25,715 bases of DNA from positions 1 to 25,715 of the forward strand of contig JAZDCY010000091.1 of assembly GCA_036679645.1 (NCBI GenBank). Reading direction: 5' to 3'. This DNA comes from Gemmatimonadota bacterium. GTDB taxonomy: Bacteria > Gemmatimonadota > Gemmatimonadetes > Gemmatimonadales > GWC2-71-9. Positions 1-9,091 of the stretch are shown here, piece after piece (position 1 is the first letter of the stretch; the number at the start of each line of letters is the position of its first letter). Below the pieces are notes generated by a model. The model worked only from the letters and a program-made list of their open reading frames with translations, ran no database searches and was not told where the DNA came from. Both the position numbers and the translations under genes were made by a program.

Positions 1-1
1 T

Positions 2-235
2 TCGAATGTGTGGTGGATCGAGGACGATCAACTGATCGTTCAATGGCACAAGCTCACGAGCGACCAGGGCATGGCCTGGGGCATCCTGCGGATGGACACG
101 AGCGGGGTCCGGGCGTGGGCTATTGCGCCGGCACCCTACCTGCTCGCCGTAGACGGTGATCAGTTCTTCTTTCTCGATCCACATGCTGAGACACTCAATC
201 GGTGGCTGGTTGCCGAAGAGCGGTCGAAATCGTGA
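2..235 (+). CDS. 3' end of a hypothetical protein, truncated by the window edge (possibly a propeller-type surface protein)
   Basis: Frame is open from position 2 to TGA at 233-235; beta-strand-like, aromatic-rich sequence; same strand as the following propeller gene. Confidence 0.45.
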   Translation, partial: SNVWWIEDDQLIVQWHKLTSDQGMAWGILRMDTSGVRAWAIAPAPYLLAVDGDQFFFLDPHAETLNRWLVAEERSKS

Positions 236-399
236 CGTCCCGAGATTCCAAGTCCTTCCACCCCCCAGCACGGAGAGGGGCAGAAGGACTGACCCCGCGG
301 ATCTCTGTGCGGGACGGGCGCCCACGACGTGGCAGCCCGGCCACCGTTCCGCGCCTCGCGGCTGCAACGTACAGTTGGAGCGCAAGTAGTCACCTGCAA

Positions 400-1629
400 G
401 TGAGATCGTTGCTCTGTGCAATCGGTGCGATGGCGGTGTGGTCCTGTGGGTGGGATACCGGGGCGCGGCGAACGGCCGACTGGACCGTGAGTGACAGCGC
501 GGGCGTGGCCGTCGTGTCCAACCACCCGCAATCTCTGTCGCGCGGCTGCATCACGGTCACCCCCGATCCTGAAACGACGATAGGCTCCGGCGTCGAACGC
601 AGCGATCCCGTCCCTTCGTTGTTCAACGTACGGGGAGGGGCGGTGTTGAGCGATGGCCGGATCGTGGTCCTGAATGCTGGAAGCCGCGAGCTCCTCTTTT
701 ATGACGCGAACGGCACGTATGAATACGCGGTCGGCGGGGCGGGGCGTGGTCCCGGAGAGTTTCGCGACCCCACGTGGCTTGGGCACGGGAATGCCGACAC
801 GCTGTTTGTATGGGACGCCGGACTTGCACGGATCTCGACGTTCGATGAGACTGGAGCGCTGCTGACGTCACGCCAGGTGGGTTTCGAGGGGGGAGGACAC
901 ATCCCATCCGGGATCAGCGGACGGTTCGAGGACGGCTCCTTCTTGGCGAGCCCTGGTCCACTGGTATTCTTTACGGGTGCAGAGAAGGGGGTGACGCGGC
1001 TTTCCGAAGCGTACCAGCGGTACGATCCTGAGACCGATCACACGAATTATCTGGCCGACGGGCGATCGTTGGAAATGGTGGTCGGCGGGGGTGGGGCGTA
1101 TTCCCTGCCGTTCGGCAAGCGAGATCTGGCCGTAGCATACGGAACCGCGTTGCTGGTTGCTGACAACGGTGTCTCTGCGGTGCGTTTGTACGGTATGAAC
1201 GGGCAGCTTCGCCGCGTGATCGAGTGGGTCTCGGAGCCGGATCCGGTCACGAGGCGAGACGAATTGGCCTACACGCGGTACATGGCCACCGCCTCGTCGC
1301 GTTTCGCGCTACCAGCCAACGCCCCGTTCGCTGACGAGCGGCCCAGGTTTTCGTCGATCGACACCGACCGTACCGGCTGGATTTGGGTCAGGAGCTTCGC
1401 GGCGGCGTGGGAACCGCCTGCCCCATGGTGGATCTTCGACGGAAACGGCGTGCTACAGTGTGAGGTTCGGGCCCCGGGCCGGATCACAGTGCTGGAAATC
1501 GGGGAGGGTTACCTGCTAGCGCGGCAGCGCGACGAGCTCGGTGAGGAGCGGGTCGCGCGTTTTTACGTCGTGCGGAACGGGCTAAGCGAGGACGTGTCGG
1601 TGCAGCAACCAAGAGGCGCCAATCGATGA
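400..1629 (+). CDS. 6-bladed beta-propeller (NHL-like) lipoprotein
   Basis: Likely GTG start at 400 gives a signal ending VWSC; motifs VSDSAGVAVV, LSDGRIVV, GGAGRGPGEFRDP, DTLFVWD, D..GWIWV and RDELGEERV are typical of this family. Confidence 0.75.
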   Translation: MRSLLCAIGAMAVWSCGWDTGARRTADWTVSDSAGVAVVSNHPQSLSRGCITVTPDPETTIGSGVERSDPVPSLFNVRGGAVLSDGRIVVLNAGSRELLFYDANGTYEYAVGGAGRGPGEFRDPTWLGHGNADTLFVWDAGLARISTFDETGALLTSRQVGFEGGGHIPSGISGRFEDGSFLASPGPLVFFTGAEKGVTRLSEAYQRYDPETDHTNYLADGRSLEMVVGGGGAYSLPFGKRDLAVAYGTALLVADNGVSAVRLYGMNGQLRRVIEWVSEPDPVTRRDELAYTRYMATASSRFALPANAPFADERPRFSSIDTDRTGWIWVRSFAAAWEPPAPWWIFDGNGVLQCEVRAPGRITVLEIGEGYLLARQRDELGEERVARFYVVRNGLSEDVSVQQPRGANR

Positions 1630-1740
1630 TAGAGGTAGCAACACCGTATGATGGGGCAGGGGCAATGACGGGGGCGATGTAAGGGGTGATGTACGGGGCG
1701 ACGGGGGGTGGCGGCGGTCACTCTTCGATGTGATCGTTTT

Positions 1741-2262
1741 CTACTCTGGTGGGATCGAGCCGATATAGGGCAGGGTTCGGAACTGGTCTTTGAAGTCGAG
1801 GCCATATCCCACGACCCAGACATCTGGGATCTCGAAGCCGAGGTAGTCGATCGACACGTCCACCATGGTGCGGGCGGGTTTTTGCACCAGGGAGCAGGTC
1901 TTGAGCGAGGCCGGCCTTCGCGCGCCGAGCAGTCGCAGGATGTAGTCGAGCGTGTGGCCGCTGTCGACGATATCCTCGACGACCAGCACGTGTTTTCCCT
2001 CCACGCTCTCGCGCAGGTCCATCACGAGGCGTAAGCCGCTCTGGAACGCGCCACGCTTCCCGTAACTCGAGAGCGCAAGGAAGTCGACGCTGCGCGGGAC
2101 CGTCATGGCGCGTGACAGGTCGGCCAGGAAGATGAACGCGCCCTTGAGGATACCGATCAGGAGCAGGTCGTCCACGCCGGCATAGTCTGCGGAAATCTGT
2201 GCGGCCAGCTCGGCGACACGCTGTCGGATTCGTTCTTCGCTGATGAGGATCTCAGGCGTCAT
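1741..2262 (-). CDS. hpt: hypoxanthine phosphoribosyltransferase
   Basis: ILKGAFIFLADL, LSSYG, PRPP motif VLVVEDIVDSGHTL, VVGYGLD; 173 aa. Confidence 0.96.
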   Translation of the reverse strand: MTPEILISEERIRQRVAELAAQISADYAGVDDLLLIGILKGAFIFLADLSRAMTVPRSVDFLALSSYGKRGAFQSGLRLVMDLRESVEGKHVLVVEDIVDSGHTLDYILRLLGARRPASLKTCSLVQKPARTMVDVSIDYLGFEIPDVWVVGYGLDFKDQFRTLPYIGSIPPE

Positions 2263-2340
2263 GCCGGCGAAAGATGGCCGGTGGGAACCTCGGTGGCTAC
2301 CGAGGCGTTGCGCATGTAACCCTCAGAATCTCGGAGTTAC

Positions 2341-3420
2341 ATGCTACGGCAGTTTCGTGTAGCCGCAGCGGCGGTGACGTTGGTAGCCGCTACCGTATCG
2401 GCTTGTGGAGATGACGTTGCCGGCGGCGATGCGCGGATCGCCTGCGATCTCTTCTCGGACCTGATCGTCGACGGTGGGGTCGGCCGCGACCAGATACCCG
2501 CTCTGACCAACCCAGCAGTCGTGACTCGGGATAGCGCGTCGTTCATGCGCCCGAGTGACCGCGTCATGGGCGTAGTGCAGAACGGGAAAGCGCGTGCCTA
2601 CCCACTCATCGTCATGTGGTGGCATGAGATCATCAACGACACACTGGGTGGAGAGCCGGTGTTGACGACATACTGTCCGCTCACCGGGTCGGGCCTGGCC
2701 TTCGACCCTCGTGTTGGTGGCACGGCGGCGAATTTTGGCGTATCGGGACTGTTGTTCGAGAACAACCTCATGATGTTCGATCGCGAAAGCGAGAGCCTCT
2801 GGCCCCAGCTCCTGCATGGTGCAGCTTGCGGTGACCAGCGGGGAACCGAGCTCCAGCGGGTCGCCGTCGTGGAGACGACGTGGGAGGCGTGGCTCGACGA
2901 GCATCCGATGACTACGTTGGTGTCGGTGAATACGGGCTTCGACAAGCCATACGGGCTCTACCCGTACGGCAACTATGACATCCCCGACAACCCGGTGCTG
3001 TTGGCTCCCTCGTCGCCCTTCAGCGTCGCACGGCCGCCCAAGGACCTCATGCTCGGCGTCATCGAGGGTTCGGTGAGCACAGCCTACCCGCTGGCGGTGT
3101 TGGACTCGCTTAGCACGACGTCGGTGGCTGCCTTCAACGATACGGTCGGTAGCCGACCCATCGTGATCACCTACGACAGGGAATCCCGGACCGCGATTGC
3201 CTTCGATGCGCGGGTGGGAGGGGTGAGCGTCGTGTTGGTATCAAGCGATTCGGCTCCGAATCTCCTGGAGGACACCGTCTCTGGATCGCTGTTCACCACA
3301 TGGGGCGTTGGGGTAGCCGGACCGCACAACGGCGTGCGGCTCGATCCGCTGCGCGACAGCTTCGACATATTCTGGTTTGCCTGGGCCGTCTTTCATCCCG
3401 AGACCCGCGTGCTCCAGTGA
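2341..3420 (+). CDS. DUF3179 domain lipoprotein
   Basis: Lipobox VSAC; DGGVGRDQIPALTNP, ARAYP, WHEIIND, YCPLTGSG, FGVSGLL..NNL.MFDRESESLWPQ, FWFAW..FHPET. Confidence 0.85.
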   Translation: MLRQFRVAAAAVTLVAATVSACGDDVAGGDARIACDLFSDLIVDGGVGRDQIPALTNPAVVTRDSASFMRPSDRVMGVVQNGKARAYPLIVMWWHEIINDTLGGEPVLTTYCPLTGSGLAFDPRVGGTAANFGVSGLLFENNLMMFDRESESLWPQLLHGAACGDQRGTELQRVAVVETTWEAWLDEHPMTTLVSVNTGFDKPYGLYPYGNYDIPDNPVLLAPSSPFSVARPPKDLMLGVIEGSVSTAYPLAVLDSLSTTSVAAFNDTVGSRPIVITYDRESRTAIAFDARVGGVSVVLVSSDSAPNLLEDTVSGSLFTTWGVGVAGPHNGVRLDPLRDSFDIFWFAWAVFHPETRVLQ

Positions 3421-4259
3421 GGCGCGGCGTCGCGGCGGCTCTCTTCCTGGCCGCCGCACCTCTTGGGACTGCCGATGCGCAGTGGGCACAAGGTGCGCCC
3501 GGACGCGTGTGGTGGAAATCGGCTCTCTTCGTGCAGGTGACCAGCGAGCGGTACAACTCCCAAGCGCAGCGCGAACCGTGGTTCGCGAATGGGCGTTCCT
3601 CGGCCCGGGCGATCTATACCGATATCATCATCGGGGTGACGTCGCGGTTCGATCTCTGGTTCCAGATTCCCTTTCTCGACCTCGAGTTCAACGACGCCGC
3701 ACAGAATCGGCGCGAGACGGGTTTTGGAGACATCAGAGGATGGGGAAGATTCGAGTTGACCCGGCTTGCCGGTGGCCGCCTCCCCATTTCCGTGCGCCTC
3801 GGGGCGAAACTCCCGATCGGGTCCAACCCAACCGACGCGGAGATCATTCCGCTCGGTGAGGGACAGTGGGACCTCGAGGGCTTTGTCGAAGGCGGCTACT
3901 CGTTCTGGCCGGCGCCATTCTACGCGGTGACGTGGCTCGGATACCGGGCGCGATTCAATAACTCCGAGATCGCGACGGATCCGGGAGGGGAGTTCGTCGT
4001 GCTGTCCGAGTTCGGCGTGACGCCCGGCAACCGCTTGGTGCTCAAGGCGACATTCGATGCCTTCTGGGGTCGTGGTTGGGTGAAGGACCGCGTAGAGGTT
4101 CCCACCGCCGCCCGGCGCATCGCTGTTCTACAACTTGGAAGCGGCGTGCGAATTGCGGGCCCGCTGTGGGCCGAAGGCGGCGTCCGATTTCCGCTTGCAG
4201 GGCGCAACATCCCGGCTGGGGTGCAATGGGTTTTTGGAGGGAGTGCTCAGTTGAGATAG
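3417..4259 (+). CDS. exported, probable outer-membrane beta-barrel protein (GFGD / G.GQWD transporter-like family)
   Basis: GTG start overlaps the upstream TGA (GTGA); signal peptide ending ADA-Q; amphipathic strands; TGFGDI and PLGEGQWDLE motifs. Confidence 0.65.
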   Translation: MRRGVAAALFLAAAPLGTADAQWAQGAPGRVWWKSALFVQVTSERYNSQAQREPWFANGRSSARAIYTDIIIGVTSRFDLWFQIPFLDLEFNDAAQNRRETGFGDIRGWGRFELTRLAGGRLPISVRLGAKLPIGSNPTDAEIIPLGEGQWDLEGFVEGGYSFWPAPFYAVTWLGYRARFNNSEIATDPGGEFVVLSEFGVTPGNRLVLKATFDAFWGRGWVKDRVEVPTAARRIAVLQLGSGVRIAGPLWAEGGVRFPLAGRNIPAGVQWVFGGSAQLR

Positions 4260-4306
4260 GGTGCGGCGGGAGCGTTTTCTTGATCACGGTCCGCCTCGAA
4301 CCCGGT

Positions 4307-5860
4307 TCAGTGCATCTCGTGGTGCATATGACCGCCGCTTTGGCCGGATGCCTGTGCCACGTCGGTCATGCGATCGAGTTCGGTCCGGATGACGTTTCGA
4401 ACTGCCGCGATCTGATCTTCGCCCGCGAACCCCGACCAGCGCTGCACGATGTGCCCTTCGGCGTCCACAAGGACGGTGAAGGGGAGACCGAGGTAGTGGT
4501 ACTCCTGCCGGAGTTTCCCCTTGCCGAATCCGACGGGGAACGTGAATCCCAACTCGTCGATGAACGCGATGGCCTTATCGGGTTGGACATCGTCCGATAG
4601 AGAAATGAAGGCGAAGGACTCCTCGTCGTCGAAACTCTCTGCCAGCGCATTCAGGGCCGGCATCTCTTCGCGACACGGCAGACACCAGCTCGCCCAGAAG
4701 TTGATGAGGACGACCGATCCCTCGTAATCGGCGAGTCGGAGACGCCCGCCCTGTTTCTCCTCCAGATCAAACGGCGCGAGCGCTTCCCGCTCTGCGGGAG
4801 CAGTACCCGTGAGCAGCCGGAAATCGTCCAGCAGGTATACACGGCCGGTTTCATCGACCGCCAGCGTGGGGATCGACGTTGGTAGAACCGCGGTGCGTCG
4901 TACCATGCCGGAGTCCGGATCGATGACGTCCAGCCGGCCCTCGGTCGTTGAGTTCTCGGGAGTCGAGAGGACATAGAGTAGTCCGTCAGGACCTATCTGA
5001 AGCCCGAGGTTAACCGGCGCGTAATCGAGTACCGGTTGGCCCGCGTCATCGCGGCCGAACGACGGTTCCTCCACGCCATGTTGCATTCCCCGCGACGCGA
5101 CCCAGACCGTATCCCCATCGGGCGAGAACCGGATGATCTCGTCCCGGATGAACGGCGCGTAGAAAACGCCGCCGTCCTCCGCGAACGCGATGCGACCGGC
5201 GTTGACCAGATGTAGGAAGATTGGGTTGTGCGGGCGGCGCGCTAGTACGTCGATGGAGTCCGTATGCCCGACTGGCTGAATCAGTGGTTCGGGATCGAAT
5301 CGGAACGGAAACGAGAACTGCTCCGGTGATCGCACTGCCCAGACGCGGCCGGCCGGATCGGCGGTCACCTGTGAGAAATCGAACGTCGCGGCGGCGGTGT
5401 CCGCAATTGCGCCCCGCGCATCCAGGTGAATCAGGCTTCCTTCGGTAGTCGCGACCCAGAAAGTGCCGTCGGCGCTCTGTGCCACGCTTGCGGGTTCCCG
5501 ACCGTCGAGCCGGAAACGCAGGCGCTCGGGCCGCAGCCGGTGGTCGAAGCGGATCGGCGCCGCCGCCGCATCGAGCACGACCGAACCGAGGCTGGATGTT
5601 GCCGTCCCCCGACCCTCGAACCACAGGAGTGTCACATCTTCGGTTGGGGGGACTGTATCGACGACCAGCACCTCAGCCGGTGCTTCGGTAACCACATGCA
5701 ACACGCTCCCGGAGGCCGTGACCTCGGGAGCGCGCGCATTGGGGTTGGGGAGGATCGAGGGACCTCGGCTCTCACCAGCGCCCCCGGAAGAATACAGTGC
5801 ACCGGCAACCAACAGCGCTGCCGCGACCCCAACGATCCACCCCCAACGTCGTTGCCGCAT
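4307..5860 (-). CDS. membrane-anchored beta-propeller fused to a C-terminal TlpA/ResA-like thioredoxin
   Basis: ATG at 5860 coupled to the upstream stop (TAATG); N-terminal TM helix; propeller-like repeats; VVLINFWASWCLPCREEMP and cis-Pro LPFT; His/Met tail HMHHEMH. Confidence 0.85.
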   Translation of the reverse strand: MRQRRWGWIVGVAAALLVAGALYSSGGAGESRGPSILPNPNARAPEVTASGSVLHVVTEAPAEVLVVDTVPPTEDVTLLWFEGRGTATSSLGSVVLDAAAAPIRFDHRLRPERLRFRLDGREPASVAQSADGTFWVATTEGSLIHLDARGAIADTAAATFDFSQVTADPAGRVWAVRSPEQFSFPFRFDPEPLIQPVGHTDSIDVLARRPHNPIFLHLVNAGRIAFAEDGGVFYAPFIRDEIIRFSPDGDTVWVASRGMQHGVEEPSFGRDDAGQPVLDYAPVNLGLQIGPDGLLYVLSTPENSTTEGRLDVIDPDSGMVRRTAVLPTSIPTLAVDETGRVYLLDDFRLLTGTAPAEREALAPFDLEEKQGGRLRLADYEGSVVLINFWASWCLPCREEMPALNALAESFDDEESFAFISLSDDVQPDKAIAFIDELGFTFPVGFGKGKLRQEYHYLGLPFTVLVDAEGHIVQRWSGFAGEDQIAAVRNVIRTELDRMTDVAQASGQSGGHMHHEMH

Positions 5861-6246
5861 TACTCCGAGCGGCTGACGCTTTCGATCTTGATGGCCTTGG
5901 CGCCACCAGCGTCGTACACGGTCCCGTGAATGGTCACGGTCTGTTCCGCAAACTCGCGCAGCCGGCCGTTCTCGCTGTCGCCGGGCATGCCTTCGCTTAC
6001 CGGGATGTACAACTCGCCCTCGGAGGTGAGGATCGCGAGCGGGATGCCCTTGTCTGCGCAGACCTGACTGCACATCCGGTGCTGATCGCCCGAGAGGCCA
6101 TGGCCGAACTTGCACGAGACGTCGATCACCTGGCCGGTGATCGTCATCTCCCGCCCTTCCGGCGCATTGCCCATCTGTGCCTGCGCCGGGGCGGCGATGA
6201 GCAACAGCCCAAAGACCGCGCCAGCAGCAGAGATGAGTCGCTTCAT
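5860..6246 (-). CDS. small exported Cys/His-motif protein (128 aa)
   Basis: GGGGG RBS before MKRLIS; signal peptide ending AQA; motif IDVSC-x9-H-x2-C-x3-C-x3-GIP. Confidence 0.75.
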   Translation of the reverse strand: MKRLISAAGAVFGLLLIAAPAQAQMGNAPEGREMTITGQVIDVSCKFGHGLSGDQHRMCSQVCADKGIPLAILTSEGELYIPVSEGMPGDSENGRLREFAEQTVTIHGTVYDAGGAKAIKIESVSRSE

Positions 6247-6413
6247 TGATATTCCCCCATGCATGGAGTTGGGAAAAACTACTGTGAATACAGAGAGAAA
6301 GGCGGGAGGCTTTCGGAGAGTTCCCGGGACTCGAATACCGGGAGTCGGGATGAGCCGAATCGGCGGCGTGTTAGTACCGTAAGTCGTTGTGGTGGCGGCA
6401 CGTACAGAGCCGT

Positions 6414-6440
6414 GTATGGGCGCACGCAGTGCGCCCCGAC
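6414..6440. repeat. imperfect palindrome resembling a degenerate GTAG-family REP or terminator hairpin
   Basis: GTATGGGCGCAC-GCA-GTGCGCCCCGAC, 11 bp after the MFS stop; single copy in the window. Confidence 0.4.
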
Positions 6441-6451
6441 GACCCCCCCCA

Positions 6452-7669
6452 CTACCCCCGTCCGCCCGCCAGCTTCCCAGCGTCCGGCGATTGGAAAAGG
6501 CGCCACATCGCCCAAACGCCCAGCGCGGGTCCGACGGCCAGCGCCGAGAACGCCCACTGCCATCCGACGGCATCGACCAGGACGGGCACGAGACGGATGG
6601 AGCCGAGGGTCAGCAGGAAGCCCATCGCCGTCTGCATCGTGAGCATCGTGCCCATGTACTCCGGCTCGGCCAATTCGGAGACGCTGGCCGAGAACTGCGC
6701 TGAATCGGCGACCACGGAGAACCCCCACAGCAGTGCCACCGCCGTCACCGCTAGCGGGCTCGACGTGAGCCACCCAATCGCGAGCGCGCAGCCACCGCTC
6801 GTCACCATGGACAGTATCGTAGTACGCGACCGGCCCCACCGATCGGCCACGCGTCCCGCCACGAGACTGCCGACGCCCCCGATTGCGATCACCGCGAAGG
6901 CGGTCACCGAGGCCCGCATCGCGCCGCTGTCCGACGAGCCGAATACGTGGGTCAGGTACAGGGGAATCCAGGTCCACATCGCGTAGAGTTCCCACATGTG
7001 ACCGAGATAGCCCAGATTGGCCAGCCGCAGCCCCCGGACGCTCAGCGCGCGTCCCATGTACCGCCACTGAAATGGTGGCACGCGGGCCCGGAACGGTCCG
7101 AGCGAACCGGTGAACCACCCGAGCACGCCGCCCGCCACCGCAAGCGCCGAGACCACATAGAGCACGCGTTCCCAGTCGTGAATCCCGCCGAACGCTCGGA
7201 CGAGGTGGGGAGACGCCGAGCCGACCGTCAGCGCGCCCACCAGCATGCCGATCCCGAGCCCGCGATCTTCCCGCGTCCACGTCGCCATGATCTTCATCCC
7301 GACCGGATAGACGAGTGCCAGCGCCATGCCCGTGCCGAAGCGCAGGACGACGGTGGGCCCAAACGCCGTGTCGAAAAGCGGGATGGCCGCGTTGAGCGTG
7401 GCGCCCGCTATAGCGCCGAGAGCGAAGACGGCACGAGGAGGCCAGACATCGGCCAGGTTGAAGAGTGCGGACAGGACGGCGCCGGCCACGAAACCCAGTT
7501 GCACCGCCATCGTGAGCCATGCGGCGGGGCCGCTGCCGATATCCCAGGAGGCCATGAGGGCGGGCGTCACGGCGGTGGCGGAGAACCACAGGCTCATTGC
7601 CAGGAGCTCGGCCAAGGAGAGGAGGAGGAGCGTGCGCCATTTCTTCCCCGGCGAGACGGGTGCGGTCAC
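6452..7669 (-). CDS. MFS transporter
   Basis: 405 aa with about 12 hydrophobic segments; motif A GRVADRWGR; GYLGHMWELYAMW. Confidence 0.92.
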   Translation of the reverse strand: MTAPVSPGKKWRTLLLLSLAELLAMSLWFSATAVTPALMASWDIGSGPAAWLTMAVQLGFVAGAVLSALFNLADVWPPRAVFALGAIAGATLNAAIPLFDTAFGPTVVLRFGTGMALALVYPVGMKIMATWTREDRGLGIGMLVGALTVGSASPHLVRAFGGIHDWERVLYVVSALAVAGGVLGWFTGSLGPFRARVPPFQWRYMGRALSVRGLRLANLGYLGHMWELYAMWTWIPLYLTHVFGSSDSGAMRASVTAFAVIAIGGVGSLVAGRVADRWGRSRTTILSMVTSGGCALAIGWLTSSPLAVTAVALLWGFSVVADSAQFSASVSELAEPEYMGTMLTMQTAMGFLLTLGSIRLVPVLVDAVGWQWAFSALAVGPALGVWAMWRLFQSPDAGKLAGGRG

Positions 7670-7757
7670 CGGATGTCCGGCGGCACAGTGGTAGGGGATT
7701 CTTGCTCCACGTCTACTGCGGGGAACCGGGCATGGAGTACCACGAACTGAAGTCGGT

Positions 7758-8444
7758 TTAGGACGCTGCGACCTCGGCGGGAATCAGATCGAGAAAGCGG
7801 TGCCCCTCTCGGTCCACCGTATCGCCGACCTCGAAGTGCACCGGTTGCTGGAACTCTGGCCCGTCGTAGACGAATGTATGGAACTCCCCCCGCTCACCAC
7901 ACGGATCGAGATTGTCGGTGATGCCGATATCCGTGAGAAGATCGGCATCGAGTTCCCTGCCGAGAAACCGCGCCGCTGGTTGGGTTAGATCCACGCTTAC
8001 CAGTAGACCGTGATACCCCCGCTCGACCACCTCGTAGAGCAGCTCCATGGGTGGTTCGCCCCAGACGAGTTCGACATGCTCGAGCCCCGCAGCAATGACG
8101 CGGTCTTCGTACCACGAGCGCACATCTTGGAGGTGGATGTTCCCGAACAACACGCCGGTCGTGCCGCGCTGGCTAAGGTCGTCCAGGAGTTTGAGGAAGG
8201 CCGGCTCGAAATCGGTGGGATTCGTGTGCATCAATACGGGCTCGAGCCCGAGGGCCAGAGCCTGTGCCTCCACCAAGTCGCGCCGGATGCCGTGAAAGCG
8301 CACCCGACCCGTCGCACCATCGTAGATGTTGCCGAGGAATCGGACATCAAACCCGTTCCGGCGCGCACGATCGAGCGCGAGCGTGCAGTCCTTCCCACCG
8401 GAACTCATCAGTGCATATGACATGGGGCGGGAAGATACTGGCAT
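7758..8444 (-). CDS. Dph6/MJ0570-like PP-loop ATP pyrophosphatase (diphthine-ammonia ligase family)
   Basis: SSGGKDC PP-loop, FGNIHL, FLGRELD, DPCGERGEFHTFVYDGP. Confidence 0.88.
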   Translation of the reverse strand: MPVSSRPMSYALMSSGGKDCTLALDRARRNGFDVRFLGNIYDGATGRVRFHGIRRDLVEAQALALGLEPVLMHTNPTDFEPAFLKLLDDLSQRGTTGVLFGNIHLQDVRSWYEDRVIAAGLEHVELVWGEPPMELLYEVVERGYHGLLVSVDLTQPAARFLGRELDADLLTDIGITDNLDPCGERGEFHTFVYDGPEFQQPVHFEVGDTVDREGHRFLDLIPAEVAAS

Positions 8445-8514
8445 GACGACCGAAGGCTAGGCGAGGATCGGTATTGCAGGGGTGAGTATGTTTGGAACCC
8501 CCAGACGAATAGTC

Positions 8515-9042
8515 ATGAGCAACGACCCAAAGAAGAAGGTCCACTTCGCAGAAATGTGGCGCGAGTCACGCGATATCGTGTGGCCGTACCGACGGCGTCT
8601 CGCGTTGGGTGCGCTCCTCATGATCGCCAACCGGCTCGCGGGACTCGTGCTGCCCGCCAGTTCGAAGTTCCTCATCGACGATGTCGTGGGGGAGGGACAT
8701 GCGCAGCTGCTGGTCCCGATGGCGCTCGCTGTGGGTGTCGCGACGCTCGTTCAGGCAGGGACCTCGTTTGCGCTGTCGCAGGTTCTCGGCGTTGCGGCGC
8801 AGCGCGCCATTGCCGAGATGCGAAAGCGCGTACAGTACCATGTCTCCCGCCTGCCCGTGCGGTACTTCGACTCCACCAAGACCGGCGAACTGATCTCGCG
8901 CGTCATGAGCGACGCCGAGGGAATCCGGAACCTGGTTGGGACCGGGTTGGTCCGGCTGATTGGCAGTTTGGTTACCGCGGCGATCGCGCTGGGCGTGTTG
9001 TTCTGGCTGAATTGGCGTCTCACCGCGGTGACAGTACTCTAG
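8515..9042 (+). pseudogene. 5' fragment of an MsbA-like ABC exporter (partial transmembrane domain, no ATPase domain)
   Basis: KFLIDDV, RLPVRYFDSTKTGELISRVMSD and LFWLNWRLT are ABC_membrane motifs; TAG after 175 aa; no Walker A/B follows; the next gene starts 50 bp later. Confidence 0.8.
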
Positions 9043-9091
9043 CCACAAGCCCGTCAAGCGGTTGGCGCGATCCGCCGATACTTGTGGTGGA

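Noticed and set aside
2341..5860. Selenoprotein recoding in DUF3179 or TlpA
   Set aside because: The relevant positions are ordinary Cys codons with no in-frame TGA
5860..6573. Long N-terminal extensions in the ORF track (602-aa TlpA, 237-aa Cys protein, also starts at 202 and 3300)
   Set aside because: The extensions overlap neighbouring genes; internal starts give signal peptides and, for most, an RBS or coupled stop/start
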